Shown here piece after piece: positions 48,651-61,884 of a stretch of DNA of 64,000 nt. The DNA comes from Sminthopsis crassicaudata (Eukaryota): contig NC_133619.1 in assembly GCF_048593235.1 (NCBI RefSeq), forward strand, positions 268,598,454 through 268,662,453, written 5' to 3'. Made by a program: the position numbers and the translations under genes. The notes under the pieces are model-generated. The model saw only the letters and a list, made by a program, of their open reading frames with translations, was not told the DNA's origin and searched no databases. How positions within the stretch are numbered: position 1 is the first letter of the stretch; every line of letters begins with the position of its first letter.

Positions 48651-49149
48651 AAATATGAACAAGTCACTTGACGTCTGTCTTCTTCAGTTTTCTCAGATAT
48701 AAAATGGGGATGATAATAATAGTATCTAATTCCCAGGCCTATTGTGAAGATCAAATGAGATAATATTTAGAAAGTCCTTAGAACTTTGTCCTGGCATATA
48801 GTTAGTGCTTGTTTCCTTCCCTTCCCTTCCCCAGTTTGGCCGCATTGTTAGACTCCTGGGGTCAAGTGGAAAGAGCTCCAGTGACTTTGTTTGCTGGGGA
48901 AGTAGGGTAAAGGTTGCTTGTTTTACCAGTTTCACCCACTCCCCTTGCCCCTGGCTTTATTTGTGTGGCAACTAGATGCATTATGGGACTTGAAAAGAAT
49001 CTCCTAACTCCAGCTCCAATGAAATCCTTTGTAGTTTTGCCAAGCAGAGCCCTTGAGATAATTTGAAGAGAACCCAAATGAAGGGTGTAGTAGGAGTTAA
49101 TTTAAAGGGAGCTTTGTACCATAATTCAAATAAAAGTTTATATTTCCCC

Positions 49150-49560
49150 ACCCCCTCAACTCCCGATGGCTGCATTAATTTTTTTTTCAAAAGAAAGACT
49201 TAAAAAATGCCTAGGGGTTCTTCTAGGTAGGATGAGGCTGGCTAAACATAGCCTGTCAACTCCAAAGAGTTGGCTGACCCCCGCCCTGGTTGTATTAAGT
49301 TGCATTGAACATGAAGAGCTGATGGCTGGAAAAGTAGTAGGAGAAGCTATGTATGCAGATGACCTTTGCAAAGAGATTTCATCATGGGCTGTAGCAGCAG
49401 ATGGCAGCAGAGAGAAGCAACAGCAGCAATTCAACTGACGTTCCAAGGAGGAAGCCCAGAAGAAAGCAGCCCAGTAGAAACGTCCAATAAGAGAGCAGAG
49501 GGGTGATGTCACTGGAGAACATCAGTAGCTTTGCAACCTAAGATGGTCACTCTGTGTTCT
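49150..49560. promoter_or_regulatory. Candidate regulatory element with a CTCF-like site
   Basis: GC box at 49279-49286, CTCF-like GCAGCAGATGGCAGCA at 49394-49409, TGACGT at 49436-49441, CCAAT at 49484-49488, TGATGTCA at 49504-49511, in non-repeat, more GC-rich sequence. Confidence 0.35.
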
Positions 49561-49589
49561 CTATGCTTATTCTTCTCCGGGAATGTTCT

Positions 49590-50250
49590 CCTGTCACACA
49601 TGTTCTCAGTGTATAGAGTTCTGAGCCTGCTCAGGAAGACCCAAATTCAATTATAACCACATTTTCCTAGCTATGACCCTGGGCACATCACTTCAACTCT
49701 GTTTGCCTGTTTTCTCAACTATAAAATGGGGATAATAATAGCACTGATGGGTCAGAGCCTAGCGTCTACTCAAAACTGAATACCTACTAAAGTAATGTGG
49801 AGCAATAAAACCTCTTCTCTGTTGCTCCTTATTTGTCCTCTGCAAACAAACAAAAAACCAACCCATCTTATCTGATGGACAGTACTTTCCTAAAAGACAT
49901 CCTGTCTCCTTACCTGGGTGAAAAGGTATCTTGTCTCCTTATCTGGCTCCTTATCTTTTTTTTTTTTTTTTTTTTTACAACCTTGAAGGCTCTTAATCCC
50001 AGATTTTCAGTATATAAAGCCCTCCTGAACTATTTTAAATTTGCTAGACTTCCTTTAGAAGCTAGTCCATCAACTGTGATGCAAATAAATTTTTGTGACT
50101 TTAAGAGGATTTCTTTGAATTCTTTCAAACTATAAACCATGACTCTCATACACTTCAATACTTTTCTTGCCAGGGTCCTTGTGAGGGTCAAATGAGATGA
50201 TAATTATAAAAAGGGCTTATTACAATCACTGGCACTGTATAAATGAGTAG
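49590..50250 (+). mobile_element. MIR split by an LTR (49590-49744 and 50158-50250)
   Basis: ...aaaatggggataataatagcac | ...ccagggtccttgtgagggtcaaatgagat rejoins as MIR core and tail. Confidence 0.75.
49745..50157 (+). mobile_element. Solo LTR (413 bp)
   Basis: TGA...TCA ends; TATATAAA at 50011-50018; AATAAA at 50084-50089; TSD not clear. Confidence 0.75.
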
Positions 50251-50583
50251 TTCCTTCTCCCCTCCTTCCCTTTCCTTCTATGTGTGCACTTGTGAGACAG
50301 CATATTACTATGAGTAAGAGGAAAATGTTTCTCCTACCTTTTCTTGCTACTTGCTTTTCTTGTTACTTGTGTTTGTAACCCTGACTTCCCTCATTCCTTA
50401 TTGCCTAAAAATCAAGGCCATGTATGTTAGTTCTTACTCTTCTCTCAGAATTTTTCCAGTATCCTGAAGGGGGTTACTGGACTCTACCAATTCCAGCTCC
50501 AATTAACAGTATTCCTTAAAGTATAGAATTGAGTCCCCTGAACTCCTGAGACATTTAACCATTAACAGTTAGATTAGCTTTTT

Positions 50584-51019
50584 TTTTAAACTATTAAAAC
50601 TTTTTATTTTCAAAATATATGCATGGATAATTTTTCAACACTGACCCTTGAAAAACTTTGTGTTCCACATTTTTCCCTTCTTCCCCCAATCCCCTCCCCT
50701 AGATGGCAAGTAATCCAATATATGTTGAACATGGCAAATCCAATATATGCATACATATTTATACAATTATCTTGCTGCACAAGAAAAATCAAATCAAAAA
50801 GGAAAAAATGAGAAAGAAAGTAAAATACAAGCAAACAAATAACAAAAAAAGTGAAAATGCCATGTTGTGATCCACTCTCAGTTCCCACAGTCCTTTCTCT
50901 GGGTGTAGATAGCTCTCTTCATCATAAAATCACTGGAACTGGCCTGAATCATCTCATTGTTGAAAAGAGCCCCACCCACCAGAACTGATCATTGTATAAT
51001 CTTGTTCTCATGTACAAGG
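50584..51019 (-). mobile_element. 5'-truncated L1 (436 bp) with 14-bp TSD
   Basis: TSD TAGATTAGCTTTTT at 50570-50583 and 51020-51033. Confidence 0.92.
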
Positions 51020-53029
51020 TAGATTAGCTTTTTCAAAGGAATATTTATTTCATAAGATACAAAGAATATAATAATTCTCTCTAATATGCCCATATATTAT
51101 CTCTCTTCCTCCCTTTCTACTATCTTAGTCTCTGGGGAGGAGAAAGGGATTATGTTCATAGTTTAGCTCCTGTGGAGTAGTAGTTGTAGTAGTTCCTATA
51201 GAATAGAGCACAGTCCCAAGTTTTAGGTCTGAAATTTGCATTGGGTTTGAGTGCCAGAAATTTAGATTTCTCAGTTCTTTTCTGCTGGTCTGCCTGGTTG
51301 CAATATTCCACTTAAAATTTTGGACCTAGTGTCTCCAAGGTTTGAGATTTTGGGTTGAGGAAATTATCACCAGCATCTGAAAGTGGGAAGGACAAATTAA
51401 ACCAAATAAACAATATGCCAAATACTGGAAAAGGGAGAGAGCAAGAGAGGAAAATCCTTCCCTTCTCACTGCTTCAGTTCATGGCTCCCACATTGTGAAT
51501 AAACTGTGATCATTACCCTCTGGATGGCAGTAGCAAATAGCAGAGAGGAAAAAGAGATTGTCCCAATTTGGCCAGTCATAAAGACAGTCTATTCCAACTA
51601 TGCAGACAATCAAAGGAATCTACTTTTATTTATGTGATAGGAAGTTATAGGATGACTCTATGTTAGGTGACCTGTGATAATACAGAATTAGCCTTCCATT
51701 TTGAACAAATTTGTCCTCTGTTTTGACCTATAACAAATAAACATATCAATGAGAGACTAAATTCCTTCAAACTGGGATAGCTTTTGGTCTGACTCACATC
51801 TTAGAACTACCAAAGAATCATATCTAAAATTATACAATATCTTGCTTAGCATCTCCCTCCCTTATTCAGATATTCATCTGTTACAGATTACCTAACTTGA
51901 GCCTTATGGAAAGTTGCCAATCTCATTTTCTCAGATTTCTAACTGATTCTTCGACATTAGTGCACAGAAGATAGTAAGAACTTTTGGGATAGTAATCATT
52001 GTTCCCATTCCAAGACAATATACTGCTCTCCATTTTTAAATCATAAAGACTTATTTCTTAACTTTTTTTTTTGAAGGTTATACAGATCTTTATTTTATCC
52101 TTGTTACAAAACAGATCTGTTAGGAGGAAAATGGAAATTTTTCCATCTGTAGTAGAAAATAGAAGACGATAGAAAGATAAATAATATTCTTGGAAGGCAC
52201 TCTTAAATTTTAATATTTTAAGTTAAAACAAATTTTTCATAAGAAAAAATAACTACAAAGATAGTATTGATATATTTGGCTCCCTGGGCTTTCCCTAAAC
52301 CAGAAAATCCTCACTTTTTTGTGCCTGATTAGCTCTGTCCACCTGCTGGGATCTTAGAGAAATAAATCTCAGGTTGCAATGTTATATAAAAATCTATTCA
52401 GAACAGGACAAACAGAAAGCAATTGTTCACAGGGCACAGCTTTTCTTCATGAAGATGGGAATAGGGTTCAAGTAAGCATTAAGGTCTCTGAGCGATCTTT
52501 AAAGGGCTATAAGATAGAAAATGAGAAAGTGCACTGAGACTAGAGTGCCTGAAGGCAACTTTTAGAAAGGGTAATTAAAGATTGAAGTAAAAGGAAAAAG
52601 AAAAAGGATTGATTCTTTTTCATCTTCCCTTTTGCTCATGATGTTCACCCCTTACCCAAAGGAATGTGTATGAAGGAAGTGGGGTGGAGACAGAAAGAAA
52701 GCAAACAAAGCAAAGAATATTCCAGAATGATTTTTACCCATGAAGAAATGAAGTTCAATAATAATACTTTATGGATTATTTGCTACTTTTAAAAACACTT
52801 TCACAAATATCTTATTTCATGTCTATTTCTTAGGAGGATCATATGAGTTAACTGGAAGATAACAAGAAGATATTAGTGCAAATTTCAGTCTGGCTACTTT
52901 ACCACCTAATGCTAAATTTCATTTAGAGGTTATGAATATAAAATATAAAGATGCAATCAAGTTTATTCAATAATAAACCAAGTTCCCCTTGCAATCTATA
53001 TGGGATCTGTGGACCCCAGTTTAAGAACG

Positions 53030-53765
53030 CTTGAGCATTCTGGAGAGTAATATGAAACTATGCCCAAAGGGCTATCAAACTCTGCATCCCCTTTGATCCA
53101 ACAGTATTGTGATATGGGAGCCACCTGCCAGTGGCTGTTGGATGTCTAACTCAGACCTGTAGAATTGATCTCTTCATGGGAGAGGATGATGATGATACAG
53201 AGACTGAGAGGTAGTTGCATTCTCTGACCTCTCTCCTCTTCTCTCTTGCCTCCAATTTATTTCATTCCCAATCCACAAGGAGCATTGGCATTTGTAAAGG
53301 TTGCTTTGCAACTCCAAGTGTTGATTCTCAGCTGTGGCAGCATGGTCCTTAACACAACAGTGTCTCTACTGGGCCTGTATCTCAAAGAGATCATAAAAAA
53401 GGGAAAAAGACCCACTTGTGCAAAAATGTTGTAGCAGCCCTTTTTTAAAGTAGCAAGGAACTGGAAACTGAATGGAAGCCATGGGCAATGGTTGAATAAG
53501 TTATGGTATATGAATGCTATGAAATATTGTTGTTCTATAAGAAATGATCAACAGGATGATTTCAAAAAAGCTTGGAGAGACTTACATGAATTGATGCTGA
53601 GTGAAGTGAGTAGAATCAAAAGAACATTGTACACAGCAACAACAAAATTATATAATGATCAATTGTGATGGACATGGCTCTTTTCAACAACAACATGATT
53701 CAGGCCAGTTCCGTTGGACTTGTGCTGGAGAGAGCCATCTTCATCCAGAAAGAGGACTGTAGGAA
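53030..53765 (+). mobile_element. L1 ORF2 tail and partial 3'UTR, split by an insertion
   Basis: ctttgatccaacagt | gtctctactgggcctgtatctcaaagag rejoins as the PFDPAVSLLGLYP region. Confidence 0.85.
53108..53356 (-). mobile_element. Short LTR-like insertion (~250 bp) with a 7-9 bp flanking duplication
   Basis: TG...CA ends; caacagtat at 53099-53107 versus caacagtgt at 53355-53363. Confidence 0.7.
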
Positions 53766-55444
53766 CTGTGTACTAAACTTTTAAAGGAAATAGGCACAGA
53801 CTACACCTTTAGTCTTTTCCTAAGGGTTTGCATGGATATTATGAGTAACCAAATAGAAGGTTTATTTCTTTTCTTTTCTACTCCTAATTCTAGAACTGAT
53901 TGAAACCTGAGCAAAATGTGAAAATTTAGAAAAATCTAAAAGATTTTCTTTCCCTTCAACTTGTGTCTCTCAGGTCATTCAGATGGATATAGAAACCTGT
54001 TTTCAAAATAACAGCGAATGGATAAAAATTAACCACTTCAAAATTATCAAATGGCTAACGATATCATACATTTTGCTCAGACTTTTATTAACATCTGGAA
54101 TTTCTCAACAACTTTTTTCTAAAATGACCTCATGTAAGAAGAAGTCCAAAATCAGAATAGAAGAAGACTAATGATTTTTCACATAGGAAACCACCTGTGA
54201 AAACATCTTAGTATGTGAATGGTATTCTAATCAGAGGAAGAACTGTACCCTATAGGGGATGAGACCATTTCATTCTTATTTAGGAGTTTGCAGATTTCTA
54301 TCTTATTTAGTTTCAACATGTTGGAAATGTTCTACCTTAGCTTCTTTCTCAATAAGGAGCCATCTTGTTCCAGTTCACAATTACTTTCTAAAAGGAGTCA
54401 GCAAAATAGGGGTTTGATTCTTGCCCAGGTTACTTAAAATGGAATCTATCTAAAGATACTCAGGACATGCTAATGCATCCACAGAGATTCTATACTAGCC
54501 TACTTTGTGATGGCGAGCAGTCTTTTTCTAGTGGCTGAATAGTCAGAACTGTAGGTGTTTTTAAAACTATTTGACTGAGGAAATTCTCCTTCTTTCCTGC
54601 ATTTAAGTCTAAGAGTGAAGGACTTCTTCCTTCATAACAGGTGACAATCTGGCCTGAGGGCCAACTTTCTTCTCTCTGCCACCTTAGGCCACAGAACCCA
54701 GAGAAAAGGTTCTTGATTTTCATTTTATTTTATTTTTGTTCTTTTTAGTTTTAAACCATTCTATGGAGAATGAAATCAAGCTCCAGGGACTGTGACCTCA
54801 AGAATCCAGGTTCAATGTTGTAGTAGTCTATCTGCAAGTGTTTAGAACACTATTCCAATATAGTTTTAGTTTTGAACTTAGTGAAACAAAACCTAGGTAG
54901 GAAATGAGATAAACTAAGAAATTAATCCGGCTCCCTTTCCAGAGAATGAGCAGGTAGAGGGGGGGAATTATGCCCTCAAATGTTGGAGAAAATGTATGTA
55001 TGTTCCTAAATCTTTGAAGAAAATATCCTTTTGTAAGTTAATTCAATGTTAAGTGGTTGATTGGAACTGGGGTGCTAGTCAGTAGCTCCTTTAAAAAGGA
55101 GAAACAGAACAGTGAGGGTTTGAATTATTGCCAGAGAACAGTGGGGTGGTTGAATAGGGCATTGTAATAACCTCTGGTCCTCAGCCATGGGCCCAAAACT
55201 CATGTTACACTAAAATATATAATAATAGCTCATAATTCCGTGGCCCTTTGAAATTTGAAAATAATTTTACTCCAAAACAATAGAATGAAGTCATAGTATA
55301 AAGATTTTTTTATTTTTATAGATGTGACTAAGAGAGAGACATGATAGGAGAAAGCAAAATTGCAAGGATTATAAATTGAAATGCTTACTGAGACTTTGGG
55401 CAGAATAAGCTAGGGTTCTGGAGAATAGAAGCAAGAAAGAATGA

Positions 55445-55690
55445 AGTGTGTAGATCTCATTGCCAGTTTTTCAATGCTGTCTTATTTTTGTGACCTCTTT
55501 TGGGGTTTTCTTGGCAAAAATACTGAAGTGATTTGTCATTTCCTTCTACAACTCATTTTACAATTGAGAAAACTAAGGCAAACAGGATTAAGTGATTTGC
55601 CGGGGATCATACAGCCATTAAATGTCTGAGGCCAGATTTAAATTCACAAAAATGAGTCTTCCTGAATCCAAGACCTAGTTGCCTATAGAG
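55445..55690 (-). mobile_element. Mar1 SINE
   Basis: ttttggggttttcttggcaaaaatactgaagtg...gagaaaactaaggcaaacaggattaagtgatttgcc. Confidence 0.85.
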
Positions 55691-56479
55691 CGCATTAAAT
55701 ATCTGAATTTCATCTTATATCTCTGAGTCTTCTATCCTTCTGTCTATTTCTGTTTACTAAATGAATACAGCCTACTTGAAGTGGAGCCAAAGAGCCTGGT
55801 TCAGAGACATTGAAGGAAATACATGAAAATCAAAATAAAGTGAGGTAGATATCAAATTAATCTCAAATCATAGCTCTTTTAAATAATAATTTTCCCCAGA
55901 GAAATTAACCACAAGGATTAGCCAAAAGATGACAAAGCAATAAAACTAGTTTTGAAAAACTACGGAAAGCAAGAAGGCTTTTACTATGGCCTACAGAGAA
56001 TGTGCTGTTTGTATTTCTCTTGGTACCACGGAACATCTATGTAGATTGAAATTACAAGTTAGTTTCTGATCTTGAGAAGAAAATTAAAGGGGTAGAGAAA
56101 TGTATGTCTGCTTTACAAATTATTAGGGAGAAAGGGGGGGAAAAGCATAGAAGGATGGAAAAAGGCAGATGGGGATTCTTATCTATATTGGGAAGTTGGA
56201 GGATATAAAAGTGTGATACAGAGAGAAAACAAGAAGGACCAATATATTTGGAGCTATATAATTGGTATGTGACTCTTATAAAGGGGAGGGATGAAACATG
56301 TCAGGTTCAAACAGTTTTTTGTGCTCCAAGGAATTATGATGGAGTATCATAGGTACCATCAGGTAAAACATTATCCAGTAAGGTTTGGAGATAAAAAAAT
56401 TGTTTGTAGGATTCCTACAAAATGTTAATATGTTATCTTATTCTTATCATTTTCTTTAATGAAATGATCTATTATTAGC

Positions 56480-59400
56480 CACTAATTCTTTGTATTAAAT
56501 TATTTGGATTCTTTTTAAATTTGAATCTCTTCTTCAAAGCAAAGGCTCTTAATAACTATTTTTATTGCATTGTGATCAGCAAAAGATATGTAGACTATTT
56601 CTGCTTTTCTGTATTTGTTCATTATATTTTATGCCATAGAACATAATAATTAGTTTTATAAAAATGCCACACACTGTAGAGAAATATTTATACAACTACA
56701 GAAAATTTTCTATTCTGACTCAGTAATTGGCAAAAAAGCTGGGATATATACATTTTAGGAAATTCTAATCAAATTTTTAACTTCTTTTTGTTTATATTTT
56801 TGTCAGACTTTTAAATTCTAAAAGTGGTAGATTGAATCTCCATCTACTATGTTGATTTTTAAAAAATAACTATAGTTTTGATGTGTTTCTCCATGCAATT
56901 CAATAAACTTTTCCTTTAAGTACATATAAGCCATTTTGTACACATTGTTAAGTATTGGTATTATTTTATTTTCTACAGTACTTTGAAATATCATGCAATG
57001 TCTTTGTTTATTTCTTTTGGGAGCTGGGTGATATAGTAAATAGGAATCAAGCAAGGAATCAAGAAGATCTGAATTCAAATTTGGCCTTAGATGCTTACTA
57101 ACTTACCAGTTGCATGACCCTGGGAAAGCCACTTAACCTGTGTTTGCTTCAGTTTCTTTATCTGGAAAATGTGGATAATAATAAAGGTTAATAATCAGTC
57201 CTAATTCCAGGACTTATGTGGAACAAATGAGATGATATATGTAAAATGCTTAGCATAATTTTCAGCATATATTATATAATATATGAATTGCTATTATGTG
57301 TTGTTATTATCATCCATATTTATTTTTTATTAATGTCTTCTGAGATCATAATTGTTAGTCTTGTTTTTTTAGTTTTTCTGAATAATAACAAATTCTGCTC
57401 CACTTCCTCAGTTTTATTCTGTGTGAAGAATCTTTGTTTCAAATATATTTCTCATAAACAACAAATTGTTGTATTTGATTTTCTAATTTATTCTGCTCTG
57501 CTTTCCATTTTATGGATGACTTCATCGCATTCACATTCATGGTTATGATAGAAAAGTGTGCGGTTTCTCCTAGAGTGTCCTCTTATTTCCTACCTTTTTA
57601 TAGAGAGGAAGAAAGTGGTGCAAGAGAAAAAAAATCCATGTTTGTGACATGAAAATGAAGGGATCTGCTCTCACTTCATTATCCATTTTCTCTTGCACAA
57701 CCATGGATTCTTATACTTATCTTTCTTTTTTATTATCCTTTTATGATCTACCTTCTGAGAGTGGTTTGTTTTGTTTGTGGTTATTCTCTCCCTGACTCTA
57801 CCTGCCTTCTTAAAGCCCCTCTCTCCACTTTTCTTTTCCCTTATTCTTGCTTAATTGAATTAAATGCATTACTAAATCAAACTCTGTCTCTCTGCCTCTC
57901 TCAATTCTCTCTGTCTTCCTCTAAGTCTCTCTGTCTCTGTCTCTGACTCTGTCTCTCTCTGCCTCTCTCTGGGTTTGTGTCTGTCTCTGTTTTCAATCAC
58001 TATTTGCCTGGTTTAGACGCTGTGAAGTTCATGGGATGATCATTGCCGAACCTTTCCTTTATGTTATATAGCTTTCTCAAGAGCCCAAATCATAACATAG
58101 TACAAATTTGTTTCCCCTTGTATTTTCCCTAGTGTATTGCCTTTCCTCTTTTTTCTTTCCTCTCTTAAGCAAATCAAAACTATCCCAAATCATTGTGTCT
58201 GTTTTATTTAATTTCTCACAATTAATTAATTTCTGATGTTCTAATTTCTTACATAATCCTTGAGATTATTAACATACTGAGGAAACAACTGTCTCTTCTT
58301 CTCTAATTATTGAGTCCCTTTCAGTTAATTGAATGTTTTTCTCTTTCTGTCTCTCTGTCTCCTCTGTTTCTGCTTCTCTATCTCTTTTATCTGTCTTATT
58401 TTTTTTGCCCTTTTGAAGTTTGTTTTTCAAGCTATCATTAAATAGCTACTAAATCTTGTACAATTCTTTGAGTTTTGCTATTAGTTCTTCCTTTTCTTTC
58501 CTTTCTTCTTTTTATCTAGTTATTTAATTTGTCCATCATTTTTTCTCTTTCAATTATATAAAGTAAAATTCCTCCAAATTTTTCCCCTTCCCTTCAACTT
58601 GTTTTGTTCATTAATTTTTTTCAATTTAGTTTGCTCATTTCAACTTTAATTTAATTTTCTTTTTTTCATAAAGATGTTTTTATTCCCAATTCTCTTCATT
58701 ATCTATCTTCCCTTTCTGCCTATTATTAGATTTATGGCCATTATATTTAAATTAAAACTTCTAAGGTACTGGTTTGGTCTCATTTCTAAACAGTTTCTAT
58801 GTTATTGTCTGGTAGATCTTGCTTCCAACATACCCTTTTTTTTCTTTTGTGCCTTCATCTTAAAAATTCCAATTTTTGACAGGTGATAGGGTATTGTCCT
58901 AGGGTGAAATTTTATTAGAGACTGATTGTGCAGTTCATTGTTAACTTTTGTCCTCCTTTTGGTAATTCCACAGCCCCCTTCCGATTTGTCTTGAAATCTC
59001 TTCTCTGGATTTATGCTTTTCCACTCTTCTGGATGTCAGTTGTCCCTAGGACCTTTGGTTTCCTTTCTCCAAGGCATGATGAATGATTTCTATGTACCAA
59101 ATCCATGCAAATCATACCCTTTGTAAAGTCTTGATCCTACTTTATAGCTCTCTTCTCCTATCACAGATTCCTCAGTGGTATCCCTGTCCAATTATTTAAA
59201 AAAATTTCTTTCCTGCCTCCCCTCCTTTTTGCATCTCTCTTTTTACCTCCTTGTCCTGTAGATTCTATTCTTCCTGAGAGAGTACAAGAGTTAATTTTCT
59301 TTTTATTATTAGTTTTTGATGTGATTAGGGTATATCACATGTTCCCCTCTATTTTCTCCCTTCCCTTCTTATTTTTGTGTATTGTCCCTTCTGTAATTTT

Positions 59401-59950
59401 ATCTCATAAAAAAGCATTGGTTCATTTGTAAGTGGGATATTATGAGATTTAGTCCATAATATTTCAAGACTTTCTCCATCATTAATACTACTTGACTTCT
59501 GTTTTAATCCTGGTAAACAGTTTAGAAAGAAATCTCATAAGGTTTGCTTTGTTTTATTTTGTGGTTGTTCTTGGTTTGTTTATACTACTTGTATTTCTGT
59601 TATCTGGAATATTTGAGAAACAAATAATTACTTCAGGCTTGGTTTTCTTTCTAGGAATGTTTCAAATACCTATTTAAAAAATAGAATATCATCTCAGATT
59701 TGTTGGGTGGGTCACCTTGGGTTACAGCTTCAGTTTCTTTGGTCTTTGGAACATGCTATTCCTTCCTCTACTGAGGTTTCTGGTGGGTACAGAATATTTT
59801 TGTGTTATTTGAATTTCCTTTCCTTTATATTTGAAGTCTTTCTCATAGTTGCTTGCAAAATGTATGTTTGTCAGTGGAATTATTTGATTTAACTATTTTG
59901 TATCTTGAAATGTATAGCTTTTAGATTTTTTTGATTGGCACTTTTTTTTC
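56480..59950 (-). mobile_element. Old, fragmented L1 (endonuclease region and ORF1) with a MIR-like SINE inserted at 57020-57290
   Basis: Endonuclease-like reverse phrases at 56540-57010 resume at 57325-57500; ORF1-like reverse sequence at 59500-59950. The internal portion is low-complexity and uncertain. Confidence 0.55.
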
Positions 59951-60269
59951 TTTCCATGACAGGTGTCTTTTGTGATGTAGGGTCCAAGGAGGTACATAGA
60001 GGTGAGCCACCCATGCCTTAGTGTAATGGAAGTAGCTATGACAACTGAGATGTTTGGGACTAGTTGTGTTCAAAAGACATGAAAATAAGGTTAATGTAAA
60101 TATAGATTGACACAGAAGAAATCTTAGTTCCATGGACACAGATTTTGCCAATACCTCTATCCAACTGGTTTGTTTGAATGTCATCTGTCATTAAAAGTCT
60201 TGGAGATCCATTTCAGGTCTAAAATGCTGTGATTATATGAGAGTTTAGATGATTTGGCACAGCTCATCT

Positions 60270-60660
60270 CCTGAACTGATGGTGTATTAGTCACATCTTG
60301 AGGGCTGTATTCAGTTCTGGGCAACACATTTTAAGAGGAACATTGGCAAGCTATAGCATATCCAGAGGAGTGCAGCATTTAAACCATGTCCTATAAAGAG
60401 GATCAGTTGAAAAACTGGGAATGTTTCACTTACAAGAGAAAAGACTTGGTGGAGAACCCAATTGATACTGATCTGTCTTCAAATATTTGAAAGGCTATTA
60501 GATCTATTTGACATAACATAGGAGATTGGGCACCAATATTTAGGAACACTGATTTTAGCTCAGTATAATGAAGAATTCCTAATGGAACTGTCTGTAAAGT
60601 TTCTTGTTATTGGAAGTGTTCGACCAGCAGCTTAATCCATGAATGTCCAGAATGTGACAG
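60270..60660 (+). mobile_element. CR1/L3 3' fragment
   Basis: tattcagttctgggcaacacattttaagaggaacattggcaagctatagcatatccagagg. Confidence 0.75.
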
Positions 60661-60719
60661 AGGGAATTCATGCATCTGGTAATCTCTTTTTTTCCAGCAC
60701 TTAGCATAGTGCCTGGCTC

Positions 60720-61260
60720 TTCTTGTTACTTCAGTCATTTCAGTCATGTCCAACTCTTTAAGACTCTGTTTGGAGTTTTCTTGGCAAAGATACTGTGACA
60801 GAGATGTCCTTCTCCAGCTCATCTTACAGATGAGAAAACTGAGACAACAGGGTTAAGTGACTTGTCCAGAGTCATATAACTGTCTGATAACTCTTTTGAT
60901 TCCAGTTCTGGCACTCTATGCCACCTATATTCTTATCTATCCCATAGAATCAATGCTTTTTGGTTGAGGTCTCTTCCAGCACTCAGGTTCTTTATTCATT
61001 AATAGAATCATTTTATATGCACTTTGCTCCTGCTCACCTTTTACATATACAAATGAGTCTGGCAGCTAAAGTTTCCATATGAAAGAAAATCACTCTGGGG
61101 ATGTAATATTTGGTTTGCAGTCAGGAGATCTGAGTGAAAATCTTATCTTAGAAACTTGCTGGCTATGGGCTGATAAACAGGTTACCTAACTTCATACCTG
61201 TAAAATGGGGATAATGATATCTGTACAATCTACCTAACAGGGTTATTGTGAGGACTTATT
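60720..61260. mobile_element. Mar1 (minus, 60720-60930) and MIR (plus, 61070-61260)
   Basis: Mar1 tail gttttcttggcaaagatactg; MIR core tgtaaaatggggataatgata...gggttattgtgagg. Confidence 0.75.
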
Positions 61261-61884
61261 TCATTAGTGTAATGGTTTTTGTACTTAAAAAAAAATTACT
61301 CGCACCTATTATTAAATTTTTTGAGCTTTTGCCACCAATATTTGAGTTTTTATATATAAATTATATATATGCTTTACTGTGTATTAGTAATAATATATAT
61401 ACAAAATAGATATTTAAAGATAAGATAAAATTAAGTAAATAATATTTGTAATTTTTTACCAACAAAAAAGTTTTTTTGCACACTAAAAATATTTGTATTT
61501 GTAATCAGAGCAAGAAGACAGAGTATGCTTCATTAATTAAAAAAAATCTAGCTTTATGATATAATGATTTGAAGGTCTGTTCTAAATTCAGTATATTTTG
61601 ATATTTGGTTTTAATGTCTGTCCTAGCTAAAAAAAAAAATCTCACAAAATTATTTAGATCCAAAAGGAAGGGATGCATCATTGGCTACACTTACTAAATC
61701 ATGATATTCATTTTTTAATCCCAGTGATGAATTATGCAAAGGCTTTTTTGAAATTCAACTAGTAAATTTCCATCTTCCCTGATCACATGGAGTAGGAATG
61801 GACTCCAGAGGCTGAATTCCAGGATAGTGGCAGAGAAGATAGCAAAACACTTACCATTTTGTCACTGTGTCCCTGGAATAGGGT

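Noticed and set aside
49166-49438. YADD motif in a 90-aa ORF as a reverse transcriptase
   Set aside because: No other RT motifs, and the flanking residues do not fit the RT beta-strand context.
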